From a virus, in the IMG/VR virus record IMGVR_UViG_3300048080_000252, positions 1-37,995 of that record: 37,995 bases of DNA; one strand, 5' to 3'. A program made the position numbers and the translations under genes. This document shows positions 14,330-22,505 of the stretch, in pieces. Position 1 is the first letter of the stretch. Each line of letters starts with the position of its first letter. Below the pieces are notes generated by a model that saw only the letters and a list, made by a program, of their open reading frames with translations, did no database searches and had not been told where the DNA came from.

Positions 14330-16071
14330 CCGAACAGGTCCTCGCTCGCCCTCAGTTCCGCCGCGCCCTCGATCAACTGCAGGGTCCGGAGCTTGCCGAG
14401 CGCATTCAGGAAGCCGCCGCCGGTGGCCACGTACGGCTCACCGCCAGTTCCGACGGTCCGTTCTGCGACCTCTTCTTTCGTGAGCGTCGACGGATACACC
14501 TCGCCCAGGACCCGCAGGATCTCCCTCTCCGCCCGGCCGAAGTGTGACGATCGCAGCCAGTGATCCACGAGCTCGGGCCCGGGCGGGGGCAGCGGTTCCC
14601 AGGCGTCCCCGATCGCAGCCTGGCCATCAGGTGTGAGTTCGAGCTGCTGCTTGGCGCCCCGGATCCAGCCCTTGGTGCGCAGCGATCCGACGGCGTTGAG
14701 GAAGCCGCCACCCGAGGACGCATAGGACGCCAGCAGCGCCACCTGGGTCTGGGTGCGCCCCTGGGGATACTGCGCCAGGACGGAGAGGATCCTGCGCTCG
14801 GCTTTCGAGAGAGACGGATCCCCGTTTGCACGACTTCCGGGAAGTCGTGAAGTTGGCTCCGGAGCTGGGCGAGACAAGTAGCCCTTGCTGAAGGTAGCCC
14901 TTGCTGTCGACGCACCAACCGATCGCACCGGAGCCTGGAAGGCCGGCTGCACCGCCCGCAACCTAAGCGCCGTCCCGATCTCCTCGCCCACACCGGCGAT
15001 CTGCTTCCCGCTGGCCACGAGTGCAGCGGCCGCCGCCTCGAGCCGGCTCAGCTCGCCATCTGAGAAGACTGGGATCTCGACGCGCTCGACGACCCGCTCG
15101 ACCTTCGGCTCGATCTGGACCGGCCGGGCCCGTAGCTCGCGCTCCAGCTCGGCGATCCGCTGGCGGGCGGACGTCATATCCTTCGCCTGGTCCTCGGCCT
15201 GCTTCGGGAGATCGGCCAGCGCCGGCAGGAGCTTCTTGACCTTCTCCGGCGCCGGCGGAGGGGCGGGAGCCTGGACCTCGGCGCCGACGTCGGGGTGCGT
15301 TGTCTCGATCGGCCCGACCCGGAAGAGCGTCCGCACCAAACAGAGAGCCCGTCCGAACGCGTAGAACGTCCCGGGCTCGAAGGTCCTCATCTCCAGGGCT
15401 GCTTGGAGTCGGGCGGCTTTCCCCGAGATCGACAGGAGATCCAGGGCACGGTCGACGTCGACGTCTTCGAAGTGCTGCCCGATCAACCGGTTCAGCATGA
15501 GGGCGCTGACGTTCTTGTCGAGCCGGCTGAGACGCTGGGTGGCCAGGACAGCGCCAAAGCCACGCTTCCGGCCGCGGCTGGCGAGCGAGATCATCGCCTC
15601 CTTGGCCTCGCTCTCTCCCTGGCCTTTCTCGGGGGCGAACATCTGAGATTCGTCGACGATCACCACGACGGGGTGCCAGAGGCTCTTGGGCGCGTCGATC
15701 AGCGCCTCGAGGAAGAGCCGCACCCACCGATGCCGCTCGCTCGGCTTCATCTCGAAAAGATCGCATACGGCCGACGCCTTGAGCTCGAGCAGCTTGTGAG
15801 CTAGAAGCGCAGCCGAGCGGACATCCGCCGGCGTCTCCCCGCCCTTGCCCACCAGGACGTAGCCGTACTTCTCACGGAGGCTGGCGAATTCGCCCTCGGG
15901 GTCGATGAGGAGCACTTGGACCTTGCCGAACAGCTGCTCGGCGATCCGGCGCAGGAGCCAGGACTTGCCCCCACCACTGTTCGCTGTGAGCAGAAGCCGG
16001 GTTCGCAGCACCGTCGGCAGATCCAGGACGATCGCCTTGCGGCCGGCGTGGCCGAGCGTTACGGTGGCCAT
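14326..16071 (-). CDS. HerA/FtsK-superfamily (DUF87-like) P-loop ATPase with two C-terminal winged-helix-like repeats
   Basis: Start trimmed to the ATG at 16071, which overlaps the upstream stop (TGATG). Walker A TANSGGGKSW, LLIDPEGEF, Walker B VVVIVDESQMF, ASRGRKRGFGAVLATQRLSRLD. The C-terminus repeats ..ILSVLAQYP..GGGFLNAVGSLRTKGWI.. and ..ILRVLGEVYP..GGGFLNALGKLRTLQLI.. Confidence 0.75.
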   Translation of the reverse strand: MATVTLGHAGRKAIVLDLPTVLRTRLLLTANSGGGKSWLLRRIAEQLFGKVQVLLIDPEGEFASLREKYGYVLVGKGGETPADVRSAALLAHKLLELKASAVCDLFEMKPSERHRWVRLFLEALIDAPKSLWHPVVVIVDESQMFAPEKGQGESEAKEAMISLASRGRKRGFGAVLATQRLSRLDKNVSALMLNRLIGQHFEDVDVDRALDLLSISGKAARLQAALEMRTFEPGTFYAFGRALCLVRTLFRVGPIETTHPDVGAEVQAPAPPPAPEKVKKLLPALADLPKQAEDQAKDMTSARQRIAELERELRARPVQIEPKVERVVERVEIPVFSDGELSRLEAAAAALVASGKQIAGVGEEIGTALRLRAVQPAFQAPVRSVGASTARATFSKGYLSRPAPEPTSRLPGSRANGDPSLSKAERRILSVLAQYPQGRTQTQVALLASYASSGGGFLNAVGSLRTKGWIRGAKQQLELTPDGQAAIGDAWEPLPPPGPELVDHWLRSSHFGRAEREILRVLGEVYPSTLTKEEVAERTVGTGGEPYVATGGGFLNALGKLRTLQLIEGAAELRASEDLFG

Positions 16072-16337
16072 CAGACTGTGGCAGGCTCCTCGCCAAGCGT
16101 TCCCGAATCCCAGCCGTCCAACATCACCCACTCGTGCCAGCCGCAGCCGTCCTCCGGGCACACGAGGCTCGGCGTCACATAGCCGCCCATCCCGATCGTG
16201 TGATCCGCCAGGGAAGCGGTGTGGCCGTTGGCGCAAGTGACCATCGCGCTCTTCCTGCCATCGGCCCGCGTGACGGGCCACCAGGTCAGGGGCCCGCCAT
16301 TCCAGCGCTCAGTTGATTGCCGCAGCTCGACCGGCAT
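16071..16337 (-). CDS. Hypothetical small Cys/His-rich protein
   Basis: 88 aa: ..CANGHTASLADH...LVCPEDGCGWHEW.. Confidence 0.6.
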   Translation of the reverse strand: MPVELRQSTERWNGGPLTWWPVTRADGRKSAMVTCANGHTASLADHTIGMGGYVTPSLVCPEDGCGWHEWVMLDGWDSGTLGEEPATV

Positions 16338-16338
16338 T

Positions 16339-16587
16339 TCAGTCCGCCCCGATCGTCACGTGCCCGACCAGCACGCGGATGTCGACCAGCACCTTGGTCT
16401 CACCCACCGCCACGGGGAAGCTCTCGCCGGCCCGCAACGACCGCGGGTTCAACTTGCAGCGCGTCGCCTTCTTGCCGTACTTGGCCTCATAGAAGGCCGC
16501 GGCGCGGGCGATCTTCTCCTCGATCGGGGCCTTGCCATCCTCGAGGAGCCAGAGCATCGAACGTGCGCGCACACGAACCTCGCTCAC
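16339..16587 (-). CDS. Hypothetical small protein
   Basis: Start trimmed to the GTG at 16587, which overlaps the upstream stop (GTGA). 82 aa: VSEVRVRARSMLWLLEDGKAPIEEKIARAAAFYEAKYGKK... Confidence 0.55.
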   Translation of the reverse strand: MSEVRVRARSMLWLLEDGKAPIEEKIARAAAFYEAKYGKKATRCKLNPRSLRAGESFPVAVGETKVLVDIRVLVGHVTIGAD

Positions 16588-17492
16588 AATGCCTCCTTCT
16601 GCGCCTGGTAGGTCTGCCGGCGTTTCTGCAGTTGGGCGTACCGGTAGGGCGCCCGCTTCTCGCTGTAGCGAGGCCCCATCAGTCTTCCGATCTCGGCCCA
16701 GCCCTTGCCCTCTGCGCGGGCGAACTGCAGGAAGCTGTCCCCGCGCTCCGTGAATGGCAGGCGCGAGCGGCCGGGTGAGCCCCTGCCTGGAACGATCTGC
16801 AGTCTCTCCGCGTCCGAGCGGAGGACATGCCAGTTGGCCCAGCGGCGCGCCGGCAGCTTCCCGCGTTTGATCCGAGCCTCGACCGAGTTGGAATTCTTGA
16901 GGCCGGACAGCTGGGCGACCTGGCCCGTCGTCAGCCACTCATCCGGCCAGCGGCTCTTAGCCAGCTCGACCAGCCGGCGGAGGCGCACATCCCCGATCCT
17001 CTCGTGCTTGAAGTAGATCCAGCTGGCCGGGTTGACCAGCCACCGCTCGAAGGTCATGCGCCGGATCAGGTAGATCTTCCGGAGGCTGCCCGGCATGACC
17101 CGCCCGGGCAGAATGCCGAGCTCGATCATGAAGATGATCGTCTTCACGCACTTCCCCATGATGACGGCTATCTTGTGGGCCGTGAGTTCGTGCAGCTGCT
17201 TCGACGGCGCCGGCCAGCCCTTGCGCGTGTAGAGGATCTTCACGGCATCCTTCGACCGGCCCAGCGCCCTGGCGATCTCCTCCAGGCCGATGTATCCCAG
17301 CATCTCCCGGACGAAGGCCTGTTCCTCCTCGGTCCAGCGGTTCGCTCCGGATACGTTTCGCGAGTCGACCGCCCTCCGCAGGAGACAGACTTCCCGATCC
17401 CCCATCGAGCGGGAGACCAGGCGCGGGTCCGTCCCGCCCTGCAGTCGGCCAAAGGCCACAGCCAGGTCCACCATCTGATCGGCCTCGATCAC
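16584..17492 (-). CDS. Multi-HTH DNA-binding protein (Myb/SANT-like plus two excisionase/MerR-type HTH units plus Myb-like)
   Basis: The GTG at 17492 overlaps the upstream stop (GTGA); an alternative ATG is at 17474. NRWTEEEQAFVREMLGYIGLEEIARALGRSKDAV; LTAHKIAVIMGKCVKTIIFMIELGILPG; LTTGQVAQLSGLKNSNSVEARIKRGKLPA; FLQFARAEGKGWAEIGRLMG. Confidence 0.65.
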   Translation of the reverse strand: MIEADQMVDLAVAFGRLQGGTDPRLVSRSMGDREVCLLRRAVDSRNVSGANRWTEEEQAFVREMLGYIGLEEIARALGRSKDAVKILYTRKGWPAPSKQLHELTAHKIAVIMGKCVKTIIFMIELGILPGRVMPGSLRKIYLIRRMTFERWLVNPASWIYFKHERIGDVRLRRLVELAKSRWPDEWLTTGQVAQLSGLKNSNSVEARIKRGKLPARRWANWHVLRSDAERLQIVPGRGSPGRSRLPFTERGDSFLQFARAEGKGWAEIGRLMGPRYSEKRAPYRYAQLQKRRQTYQAQKEAL

Positions 17493-18460
17493 CTGGGCAA
17501 TCCGGCCGTCACCCGCGCCAGGCGGATGAGGGTCTCCGGGAGAGGGCATCCCTGGCAGGCGAGCACAACATCCGCCAGGTTGCAGGCGCCACACGTCTCG
17601 CCGGCGGCATGGGACAGGAGCGCCCAAGCCGGCTCGGCGACATCGGGCAGCGAACCTTCACGGATCTCGCAGGCCTGGCAGACCGCTCGCGCCACAGGGC
17701 GCAAGGACAAGGCGCGACCCTCAGGAAGCTCGTCGCCCAGAGCCTCGACAGCCAGGGTGATCGAAGGCGCCCTGCCGCTGCGGCGGGCGGACTGCACCCG
17801 GCTCTGCTTCTCTTGATCAGCCTGCATCTGGCGATACCGCTCACACGCGGCCACGATCGACTTGAGGGTTGCCCTCCGGTTCGCCAGCTGCCTCGCCAGC
17901 GCCACGCGGGCTTTCACATCCTGGACAGAGAGGAGGGCATCGGCCGCTCGCGGGTCCTTCGTGAGCTGGCCGGTGGCCACGAGCTCCTGGATTGCGGGGT
18001 CGAGATCGAGCAGCCGCAGCCGGGCCGTGATCAGAGCCTCCGAGTGGCCGACCTGACGGGCGATGGCGTTCTTCGGCATCCGCTCCTCGACCATCAGCTT
18101 CCGGTAATGCATTGCCTCGCTGATGGGATCCTTGGCGAACCACAGGACCGACGTCCTGGCCATCGTCAGAAGCACATCTCGCCGGGACAGCCCATGCCGG
18201 ATCTCGCACTTGAGGCGCGGCACTCGGCCGTCGAGCGACTGCGCCGCCACCAGGCGGTAGTTGCCGTCGATCACCAGGAAGTGCTCGCGCCCGTCGGGCA
18301 GCTTCCCGTCGGGAACAATGAGCAGTGCCTGCTCCACTCCCCCCATCTCGAGGATGGAGATCGCCAGCGCCTCGATCTCCTCTGGGTGGTAGAACCGCCG
18401 CGGGTTGTCGGGGTGCGGCGAGAGCTGATCGACGGAAAAGAGAACCGTCTCAGTCCTCAT
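17489..18460 (-). CDS. ParB/Srx-domain protein with HTH region and Cys-rich C-terminus
   Basis: LFSVDQLSPHPDNPRRFYHPEEIEALAISILEMGGVEQALLIV...VIDGNYRLVAAQSL (ParB N-domain, GxxRxxA box). The C-terminus has CQACE...CGACN...CQGC. Confidence 0.75.
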   Translation of the reverse strand: MRTETVLFSVDQLSPHPDNPRRFYHPEEIEALAISILEMGGVEQALLIVPDGKLPDGREHFLVIDGNYRLVAAQSLDGRVPRLKCEIRHGLSRRDVLLTMARTSVLWFAKDPISEAMHYRKLMVEERMPKNAIARQVGHSEALITARLRLLDLDPAIQELVATGQLTKDPRAADALLSVQDVKARVALARQLANRRATLKSIVAACERYRQMQADQEKQSRVQSARRSGRAPSITLAVEALGDELPEGRALSLRPVARAVCQACEIREGSLPDVAEPAWALLSHAAGETCGACNLADVVLACQGCPLPETLIRLARVTAGLPR

Positions 18461-18785
18461 CGTGCTCAGGCCTCTTGGTAGCGAGCCAGCCGTTCCGGGA
18501 GAGAAGATCTCCTAGGGCCATCGCCAACCGGTCCACGTCCTCGTCCTTCTTCAACCCCAGGCCCAACTCGGAGTCGATGGCATGTAGACACTCGTGGAGC
18601 AAGCCCTGGAGCACATCGGCGTCGTTCCGTCCGTTGTCGTAGATCCGGATGGTCCTGCTCCAATAATCGCACTGGCCCCAGAGCGACTGCCGGCCATAGA
18701 GGTCAACATCCGAAGGGCGATCGCAGTAAGTGATCGCGTAGGACTTCCCCAGAATGTTGACGGTCGTCGGACGGAAGGCCATCAC
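18450..18785 (-). CDS. Small HExxH (zincin-like) protein
   Basis: 111 aa with LLHECLHAI after a beta-rich N-terminus. The ATG overlaps the ParB-like stop (ATGA). Confidence 0.6.
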   Translation of the reverse strand: MMAFRPTTVNILGKSYAITYCDRPSDVDLYGRQSLWGQCDYWSRTIRIYDNGRNDADVLQGLLHECLHAIDSELGLGLKKDEDVDRLAMALGDLLSRNGWLATKRPEHDED

Positions 18786-20566
18786 TCCTCCTCGTCCGTT
18801 TCCGTGGAAACACCCTGCGCCTTGGGCTCGAGGGCTTCGGCGCGCTTCAACCAGTCCACCGGCAGCTTCACGCCCAGGCTCTGGGCCACGCCCTGCAGGT
18901 GCTTGGCCGTGGCCGCCGGGCCCTTCCTCCGGACGTCATGCCCGGTGAGTTCCTCCTGCAGCAGGTCGAAGACGATCATGCCGCGCAGCGTCGCACAGCG
19001 AGCCGCCTTCTTCGCCGGCAGCTTCTTTCGCCAGGGGCCGTACTTCCGGCCCGTCGTCATAGCCAGGACCTCGAGAATGCCCGGGCTGTCCAGGCCTTTG
19101 AGCAGCGGGGCGAAGAGCGGCGTCGCCTCGCGCTCGAGGAATTGCATGGAGGCGTCTCCCCGCTTCTGCGCTTCCCGGCGCTTACGCTCCTCAGCTGCGT
19201 AGTCGTAGTGCTGGCCACCTGCCTGGCGGTTTCGGCGCTTGTCGGCCGCCTTCGCCTGCTCGGCCGGCTTGCCGACGCGGACGAGCTCGACGACGTAGGA
19301 CTTCGTGCCGGCATGCGGACGGTAGTCAGGCGTCGTGCCCTTGAGGCGCAGGCTCTTGTCCTTGGCCTCGAGCATCTTCTGCCAGGCGGGGTCGAGGGCC
19401 TCAGAGCTGTCAATCCATCGAGTCGGCGCCTTCACGAAAGCCTTCCCGTCGCCGCCGGGATCGTAGACGGGAATACCGAGCTTCCGGGACAGGCGGGCCG
19501 TCTCGGCCGAGATCCAGGCCTTGCGCTTCTGCTCCCAGCAAGCCTTGATGCCGCAGTAGTGCGCGCCGTCGAGCACCTGGTGGAACTCGCACGAGCTGCA
19601 GGGGGGCGGCGCGACAAACTGACCGATCCACGCGGCGAGCTCCTCGCCGATCCCGTACAGCTTCACGACGCCGGCGACGTCCGTGCCCGAGGCGAGCGCG
19701 GCTATGTAGGGCGCAAGCGCGGCGGGCTCGATCTCGTCGCTGGCCAGTCGCCCGTGCGCCTCGAGAAGTTTCAACAGGGCGGCTGGCGTCGGCGCCTGCA
19801 CGCCGCCCTTCCAGGTCAGCGGCCACAGGCCCGTCCCGGCGCGGCCCTTCCCGTCATCGTCATCCTCCTCGTCGGCCTGAGCCCGGTAGTAGCGGTTCGC
19901 GCCCATGAGGAAGGCCTGCTCGTTGAGGACGTCGGCCACGCGTTGAAAGATCGCCTCCGACGTCTCGACCTTGTTCTTGACCAAGTCCTCGGCGACCTTC
20001 TCGATCGCCTGAGGTGCAATCCGATTCAGAGCCAGGAGCCGGCGGGCTGCCCCTTCCTGGATCTCGCCGGCCTGCACCCTCTCCTGCACCGATGCCGGGA
20101 GCTCGAGCAGCCGCATCTTGTTGCGCACCGCCGAGCCGGAAAGCCCGAACAGCTCGCCGATATCGTCCGACGTCTTGCTGAACTGATCGCGGTAGGTGGC
20201 CATCGCCCGGGCCTCCTCGATCGGGGTCAAGTCCTTGCGATCGACGTTCTCCCGGATGGCCAACTCGAACATCGCCAGGTCGGTGAGAGCCCGGACATCG
20301 ACGGGCATCTGGTCGTAATCCCAGCGCTCCGTCTTGGGATCTGCGTGCGCTTCCTGTGTCAACGCCTTGAAGGCGGCCAGGCGCGTGTGGCCGAAAGCCA
20401 GCTGCACGACGCCTTTGTCCTTATCCCGGCGGCCGACAGGGATCTGCAGAAGCCCGACCTGGGCAATCGACTCCGCCAGGCGCGCGACATCGGCAGGATC
20501 CTCAGCCTGGCGGGTCTGGAAAGGATTCGGCGCGATCTGATCCAGCGGGAAGCGTTCGACGGTCAT
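18782..20566 (-). CDS. Large ParB/Srx-domain protein (594 aa) with long C-terminal extension including a Cys cluster
   Basis: FPLDQIAPNPFQTRQAEDPADVARLAESIAQVGLLQIPVG...LAFGHTRLAAFKAL (ParB N-domain), an HTH-like ..IGELFGLSGSAVRNKMRLLEL.., and CSSCEFHQVLDGAHYCGIKAC. Confidence 0.75.
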   Translation of the reverse strand: MTVERFPLDQIAPNPFQTRQAEDPADVARLAESIAQVGLLQIPVGRRDKDKGVVQLAFGHTRLAAFKALTQEAHADPKTERWDYDQMPVDVRALTDLAMFELAIRENVDRKDLTPIEEARAMATYRDQFSKTSDDIGELFGLSGSAVRNKMRLLELPASVQERVQAGEIQEGAARRLLALNRIAPQAIEKVAEDLVKNKVETSEAIFQRVADVLNEQAFLMGANRYYRAQADEEDDDDGKGRAGTGLWPLTWKGGVQAPTPAALLKLLEAHGRLASDEIEPAALAPYIAALASGTDVAGVVKLYGIGEELAAWIGQFVAPPPCSSCEFHQVLDGAHYCGIKACWEQKRKAWISAETARLSRKLGIPVYDPGGDGKAFVKAPTRWIDSSEALDPAWQKMLEAKDKSLRLKGTTPDYRPHAGTKSYVVELVRVGKPAEQAKAADKRRNRQAGGQHYDYAAEERKRREAQKRGDASMQFLEREATPLFAPLLKGLDSPGILEVLAMTTGRKYGPWRKKLPAKKAARCATLRGMIVFDLLQEELTGHDVRRKGPAATAKHLQGVAQSLGVKLPVDWLKRAEALEPKAQGVSTETDEEE

Positions 20567-20793
20567 GAGATCTCCACCTTTGTGGGGAACAGCGGGAGGT
20601 CCGGGAGATCATGGGCGAGCCGCACTGTTACCATCCGCCCCACCAGCGCCGCCAGGCCCGTGACGTCGATCGGCCCCTCTCCCACTTGTTGGAACGGCAG
20701 TTCGAGCTTGAGCTCGATCAGGACATCGGCGATCTCGCCCTTGCACTTCACGTCTTTCAGCGTCCCGCGCAGAGAGAACTCGCCTTGGGTCAT
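20563..20793 (-). CDS. Hypothetical small protein
   Basis: Start trimmed to the ATG at 20793, which overlaps the upstream stop (ATGA). 76 aa: MTQGEFSLRGTLKDVKCKGEIADVLIELK... Confidence 0.55.
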   Translation of the reverse strand: MTQGEFSLRGTLKDVKCKGEIADVLIELKLELPFQQVGEGPIDVTGLAALVGRMVTVRLAHDLPDLPLFPTKVEIS

Positions 20794-21128
20794 GCTGGCT
20801 CCTCTTGCGTCTCCACGGCCGCCATCAGGCGGTCCCAGGTCAGGTCGTTCCCCCGGACCCGCCGGGGGATCTTCTCCAGCGCTTCTCTCACGGCCTTCTC
20901 CCCATAGATCTGCGCCTGGTGCCGCAGAAGAATGGCGCGCGCCTCGGGAAGATCGGCCAGCTTGGTCCAGGCGTTGTGATTGCCACACACGAGAGCAATC
21001 AGCTCTGGCGCCTCGCTCGCCCTGCGCGCAAAAGGATTTCCTCGTGTCCACTCGCGTGGGATGATGTGATGTTTCTGGGCCAGGCCCAGGCAAGGCACGC
21101 GCCAGCCGGCCAGGGCACAGTCGGTCAT
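20790..21128 (-). CDS. Small HNH-like (C..C/HH/C..H) protein
   Basis: 112 aa: ..CALAGWRVPCLG..KHHIIPREW...LIALVCGNHNAW.. The ATG overlaps the upstream stop (ATGA). The motif is degenerate. Confidence 0.45.
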   Translation of the reverse strand: MTDCALAGWRVPCLGLAQKHHIIPREWTRGNPFARRASEAPELIALVCGNHNAWTKLADLPEARAILLRHQAQIYGEKAVREALEKIPRRVRGNDLTWDRLMAAVETQEEPA

Positions 21129-21712
21129 GAGCTCGGCCTCTCACCCCTGACGTAATGAGACCCCTCACAGCGATCGTTCAGCGCCAGCGGGTTCACTCGG
21201 ACATGGCAACGGGGGCATTCGACCATGCCCGAGCCGACCACAACGGGAACAGCCTCGGCGACGGCCCGGGGGGCTGTCGCCTCTCCCTCTCCCTCTCCCT
21301 CTCCCTCTACCTCTACCTCTACCTCTTGCTCGGGAAACGTTCGGTTTACGTTCGCATGTCGTTCGGCCCCCCATAGCTGGCCTTGGTGTTGCCCTCTCCG
21401 CCACCGCTTGGCCCTTTCGGCCGAAGACTCTGCCGCCTGCCGTTCAGCGAAGTTGGAGACCCACCAGAAGCCGCCGCGGTTCTCGACGATGCCGGCCTTG
21501 GCAATCTCGACCAAGTCCGATTCGAGCTCCTCAGAAGTCCTTCGGAGCCGCCACGCCATCCACTCCAACGCCGGCAACCGGCCTTCCTCGTCGAAGTCAC
21601 CCGCCAACAGGAAGAGCTCGACGACTCTCCTCCAGAGGCGATCTTCGAGGCTCCCCATCTTGGGGTCGTCGAGGATCTCGTGATAGAGCTTGATCCAGAA
21701 CTTGGATTTCAC
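21125..21712 (-). CDS. Replisome-organizer-like (phage replication initiation, N-terminal wHTH-type) protein
   Basis: Start trimmed to the GTG at 21712, which overlaps the upstream stop (GTGA). VKSKFWIKLYHEILDDPKMGSLEDRLWRRVVELFLLAGDFDEEGRLPALEWMAWRLRRTSEELESDLVEIAKAGIV is the typical phage_rep_org_N-like opening. It has a low-complexity (EV)n(EG)n linker and a C-terminal CPRC. Confidence 0.6.
   Translation of the reverse strand: MKSKFWIKLYHEILDDPKMGSLEDRLWRRVVELFLLAGDFDEEGRLPALEWMAWRLRRTSEELESDLVEIAKAGIVENRGGFWWVSNFAERQAAESSAERAKRWRRGQHQGQLWGAERHANVNRTFPEQEVEVEVEGEGEGEGEATAPRAVAEAVPVVVGSGMVECPRCHVRVNPLALNDRCEGSHYVRGERPSS
21281..21326 (-). repeat. In-frame hexanucleotide microsatellite (ctctcc)x4 (ctctac)x3
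   Basis: Read directly. It encodes EVEVEVEGEGEGEGE within the replisome-organizer-like gene. Confidence 0.9.
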
Positions 21713-21987
21713 GCCGCCACCGCCGCGACCTTGAGCGAATGCAGCAGGACGATCAGCTCCTCGATCCGCTCCTCCAGCCTCGGACTCCAGGGCGTTGCCA
21801 CGTAGGCAATCCCCTCCCGATCGAGAACGACCTCGATGTCCACGCCGGGCACGAACAGATTGAGCTTGTTCTCTCTCGGGTACCACGCGTGCGGAATGGC
21901 CAGGTAGGCAGGCCGGGCCTCGTCCATCAAGATCCCGCAGTTGGATTCCCCTCTGCCTACACGCACGAAGCGAAGCGGCTCGATCAC
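21709..21987 (-). CDS. Hypothetical protein
   Basis: 92 aa with a GTG start. Its stop overlaps the downstream GTG (GTGA). It occupies the frame that the 295-aa ORF-track extension would otherwise cover. Confidence 0.55.
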   Translation of the reverse strand: MIEPLRFVRVGRGESNCGILMDEARPAYLAIPHAWYPRENKLNLFVPGVDIEVVLDREGIAYVATPWSPRLEERIEELIVLLHSLKVAAVAA

Positions 21988-21993
21988 GGGAAA

Positions 21994-22119
21994 CTAGAGG
22001 CTCATCCACCAATCGGCGAGATCGGTCAGGATGCTCTCCAACTTGAAAGTCATCCAGACCAGTCCGGCGAGGCTGACGAGGCCGGTGACGACTAGGCAGA
22101 AGACATCGAAGGCAGTCAC
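21994..22119 (-). CDS. Small single-TM ORF (41 aa), hypothetical
   Basis: Hand translation: VTAFDVFCLVVTGLVSLAGLVWMTFKLESILTDLADWWMSL*. The GTG overlaps the upstream stop (GTGA). Third-position GC is about 80% by eye. Confidence 0.4.
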   Translation of the reverse strand: MTAFDVFCLVVTGLVSLAGLVWMTFKLESILTDLADWWMSL

Positions 22120-22505
22120 GGGAACAGCCGAGCCTCCATCAGGCCGTCCGCCTCAAGCCGTTGCAAGAGGGCCTCGCGGTTGCGCATCTTCGCCCGAGTG
22201 TTATCGATCCGGCTCACGTCCTCGGCCTGGGCGTGCTGGATCTCCTTCACGTCTTCGGACCACCAGTAGCCGGACGTCTCCGAGAGCGACACGATGCGCC
22301 CGCCCTCCGGATCCGTCTTCCGGATCGACTCGATGGCCTCCCGGGCTTTGCGATCGGCATGCTCGTCGGAGATCTCACGAAGGAAGCCGCAGGTCCGGAG
22401 GGTCCAGACCAACTCGGCTCGCTTGATCTTCTTCGCCCGCCCGAGGTGTGTCCGGAGGATCGCCAGGACCTGCGCCTCGAGTGCCTTGCCTTCGTCCGAT
22501 CCCAT
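22116..22505 (-). CDS. Hypothetical early protein
   Basis: Start trimmed to the ATG at 22505, with GAGGGG 8 nt upstream; the ORF-track start at 22544 is a TTG. 129 aa. Confidence 0.6.
   Translation of the reverse strand: MGSDEGKALEAQVLAILRTHLGRAKKIKRAELVWTLRTCGFLREISDEHADRKAREAIESIRKTDPEGGRIVSLSETSGYWWSEDVKEIQHAQAEDVSRIDNTRAKMRNREALLQRLEADGLMEARLFP

Noticed and set aside
18899-21064. 721-aa plus-strand ORF
   Set aside because: It is antisense to the ParB-like gene and its neighbours, and has no recognisable motifs. Same high-GC artefact.
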